Of a stretch of 64,000 bases of DNA, positions 63,430 to 64,000 are shown piece after piece. Both the position numbers and the translations under genes were made by a program. The stretch is from Eledone cirrhosa. Lineage: Eukaryota. The notes below the pieces were generated by a model, which was given only the letters and a program-made list of their open reading frames with translations, was not told the origin of the DNA and did not search any database. The stretch's first letter is position 1. Each line of letters opens with the position of its first letter. The stretch is from the NCBI GenBank assembly GCA_964016885.1, contig OZ024748.1:8060001-8124000 (forward strand), written 5' to 3'.

Positions 63430-63619
63430 ACATATATATATAGTTGATAGATAAAACAAAATAAAAACAGGGATGTAAAAATACATAGATCATATACCGA
63501 TCTAAACCATTACTCTGTATACACATGCATATATATATATATATATACACATATTTTTTTTTTATACATATATATATGTGTGTGTGTATGTGGGTGTGTG
63601 TGAGTTAGTGAGTGTGTGA

Positions 63620-63782
63620 GGAAAATGTTTTAACCCCGACGGCAGAACTCAAGCCGTTTCGAGGGCTATTTCTGGACTGCCGTCGGGGTTAAACATTTTC
63701 TTATTACCCACTCTACAACCCTAAGTATTGAGTACTCTGGTGCGTTATGGTCCATCTGGTTCCTTACCACACTTCCTTCGTT
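63620..63782. mobile_element. P1 fold-back, copy e (variant)
   Basis: Same long arm; inversion after CTGGACT with an internal deletion. Confidence 0.65.
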
Positions 63783-63878
63783 ATATATATATATATATAT
63801 ATATATCTTTCAATTTGGTATATATATATATATACAATGATATTAAATAAATGGAAACTATATTTATAAAACCATATT

Positions 63879-63941
63879 TATTTTATTATATATATTTCAA
63901 GGGTACCAAAACACATTGGTACGCTTTCCTCAGATAAAATA
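63879..63941 (-). ncRNA. Hammerhead ribozyme motif (family P3)
   Basis: UAUUUUAU-CUGAGGA-AAGcGUACCAA-ugugu-uUUGGUACcCUU-GAAA-UAUAUAUA/AUAAAAUA; perfect stem I and long stem II. Confidence 0.7.
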
Positions 63942-64000
63942 CAAAGTTTATTTTATAAATAGAGACATACCCATGAAAATCATATAGTTTCCATTTATTT

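Overview
AT-rich, microsatellite-saturated eukaryotic DNA with no recognisable host gene. The SINE types and repeat landscape suggest a coleoid cephalopod (octopus-like); this is inference. The dominant feature is a head-to-tail array (42671-61679) of three full-length, ORF-intact, ~6.03 kb L1/Tx1-clade non-LTR retrotransposons on the minus strand (ORF1 with a CCHC knuckle; ORF2 with APE endonuclease, RT and zinc finger). Each copy is bounded by (AAT)n. The copies are separated by two identical 390-bp 3' fragments of an R4/Dong-type (RLE) LINE, and the array is followed by the 3' end of a diverged sister Tx1 family. The most abundant SINE of the window sits in ATT-rich sites and shares the Tx1 3' terminus (CCTTGTG-N9-GAAA.. 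then (ATT)n). This suggests an (ATT)n-microsatellite-targeted Tx1 LINE/SINE system that nests with Dong elements. A second layer consists of short Penelope-like termini, several with intact minimal hammerhead-ribozyme cores and fold-back inverted repeats in (TA)n. Three minisatellite arrays (52, 54 and 43 bp units) and decayed R4/RTE fragments are also present. Nearly all other ORFs in the track are microsatellite translations or antisense shadows.
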